Shown here piece by piece: positions 37,601-38,904 of a stretch of DNA of 38,904 bases. The notes beneath the pieces were generated by a model. That model made no database searches and was not told the DNA's origin. It saw only the letters and a list, made by a program, of their open reading frames with translations. The position numbers and the translations under genes were made by a program. The stretch's first letter is position 1, and each line of letters opens with the position of its first letter. Source of the stretch: Atractiella rhizophila (taxonomy: Eukaryota); the NCBI GenBank assembly GCA_021432655.1, contig MU271616.1, positions 1 to 38,904 of the forward strand, written 5' to 3'.

Positions 37601-37656
37601 TTAACTGGGCAGACTGGCAGCACGACCCGCAATGACGGTGATCTCTTCTGGGTAAC
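37601..37656 (-). pseudogene. Relic of the ALG13 3' end upstream of TF copy 3
   Basis: The minus strand ACCCAGAAGAGATCACCGTCATTGCGGGTCGTGCTGCCAGTCTGCCCAG aligns with ALG13 ACCCAGAAAAGATTAAAACGATTGTCGGTCGTGCTGCCGGTTTGTATCC. Confidence 0.7.
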
Positions 37657-38329
37657 AAGTTGTACGCAAGGGCTTTGCAACTCGCCTATTCTTTTCATGA
37701 ATGTCGTTCACATATCCCGTAAAGTTGCCGTTCCTTTCCAGGAGAAACGAAACGCCAAGCCTTCAATTCCTTGATGACACTCCAGACATAAATGGACGCT
37801 CGCAGACACTTTTTCAAAAGATGAACCGAAAGTGCTTTAAGAGTTACGAGACTGTCGGAAAGGTCGAAAGGACATCCTTGAAGGAACAAGTGGATATGTC
37901 TTTATTAGGCAGATTGTAGTAAGTTTCCCTTCCAGTTTTGTTATATCTTTAGAAGAATCTTCATACGACACTCAGGCATGCCATCATGACAGAGCTCAGT
38001 CATATGAAGCATGTTTGCTGCACAAGGGAGAAAGTTCAGTCAATAGTGAATTATTGGAGCTACACACGGGTCTGGTGCATAATCTGCCTGAAACGTTACT
38101 TCCGAGCTGTTACGTCGGTAACCAGCCGCTGGTCCGAGCGTGCTAGCGTGATTCTCAAGCTGAGGGATACCACGTCCTCGTAGAGAGCCACAATCAGTCA
38201 CTCAGCCTCCGAGATTCAAAGTCAGTGGACGATTACAGAGATTTGAGCGAGCACGAGTGTTAGGACACCATTTCTTTATACACCTGTTTTGTCATGCGCC
38301 ACCACTGGCAGAAGATATTCAATGTCCCA

Positions 38330-38523
38330 ATGTTGAATCGAGAACATTCTCTAAGAAGGACTATAGGAATCGAAGCTACACAACGCCTTCTCTAAGGTCC
38401 ACATCGCCGACATTGGACGACTTCCGACAGACTCTTAGCTCAATATTTTCCAACCACGCGGCTGGGAGGAATACTTTGGAGGATGGGAGTATTCAAAGGA
38501 CACCGGAACTACGAGATTGCTAA
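38330..38523 (+). pseudogene. Probable relic of the last exon of the Zn-cluster factor family
   Basis: Encodes SPTLDDFRQTL. The DNA AGAACATTCTCTAAGAAG...CTACACAACGCCTTCT...TGGACGACTTCCGA resembles 26786-26880. Confidence 0.5.
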
Positions 38524-38904
38524 AGTACTCTGATGGCTGCTCAAGTATTTCTAGGCGGTGTGCTGAGAGGCAGTGAGACCTGCCGTATCAAGTTGCCATT
38601 GAGCATGCTTTCATGGCAAGTTGACATCCCAGAAAAGGTTCAACAGTGCATCAATAATCAGTCGCAAAACAAACAAATTTGTGCCGATTCCAAGCAGCCT
38701 TCTGGTGTTCTTTCGAGCACTAACCAGGGATTAAACCGACCGACAAAGTGGGAGAGAGATACTCACATATGTGGCAATCGAACACTTATCACAGATACAA
38801 AGCTGTTTTGAGGACTTCTTCGCCTTGCAGATAGAGCATATCACCGGCATCCTAGCTCTGTGAACCATGGGCACCGTCTCCCAAGCAGGATCGTCCTCTT
38901 CTTT

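Overview
Eukaryotic fungal genomic DNA. It is gene-dense, about 50% GC, and has many 48-70 nt GT-AG introns plus a few GC-AG introns with CTAAC/CTGAC branch points. Gene content and style suggest a basidiomycete (inference only). In order: the 3' end of a subtilisin, an orphan Ser/Pro-rich gene, a second complete secreted subtilisin, a small basic ORF, a DUF202 membrane protein, an intronless HMG-box transcription factor, a secreted BBE-like FAD oxidoreductase, a hypothetical protein, SRP54, a monoglyceride lipase-like hydrolase head-to-head with ALG13, a ~1.63 kb tandem duplication (two ALG13 copies plus a truncated and a full Zn(II)2Cys6 transcription factor), a secreted EEP-family nuclease, a SAM methyltransferase, a division-1 chitin synthase, and an inverted, diverged third Zn(II)2Cys6 paralog spanning an N-gap. 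Four signals are most worth following up. (1) A local birth-and-death family of Zn-cluster factors sharing an invariant 21-bp CCG-N11-CGG promoter element and a recurrent C-terminal motif [ST]PxL[DE][DE]FxxTL, seen six times across four loci including two relics. (2) SRP54 has an apparent -1 frame break spanning an A_AAG_GGA heptamer, and an unusually long first intron with a long bulged hairpin. (3) A cluster of HMG/PRE-type sites upstream of the HMG-box gene. (4) Reciprocal intron gain/loss between the tandem subtilisins. All gene models were spliced by eye, so exact exon boundaries need RNA-seq confirmation.
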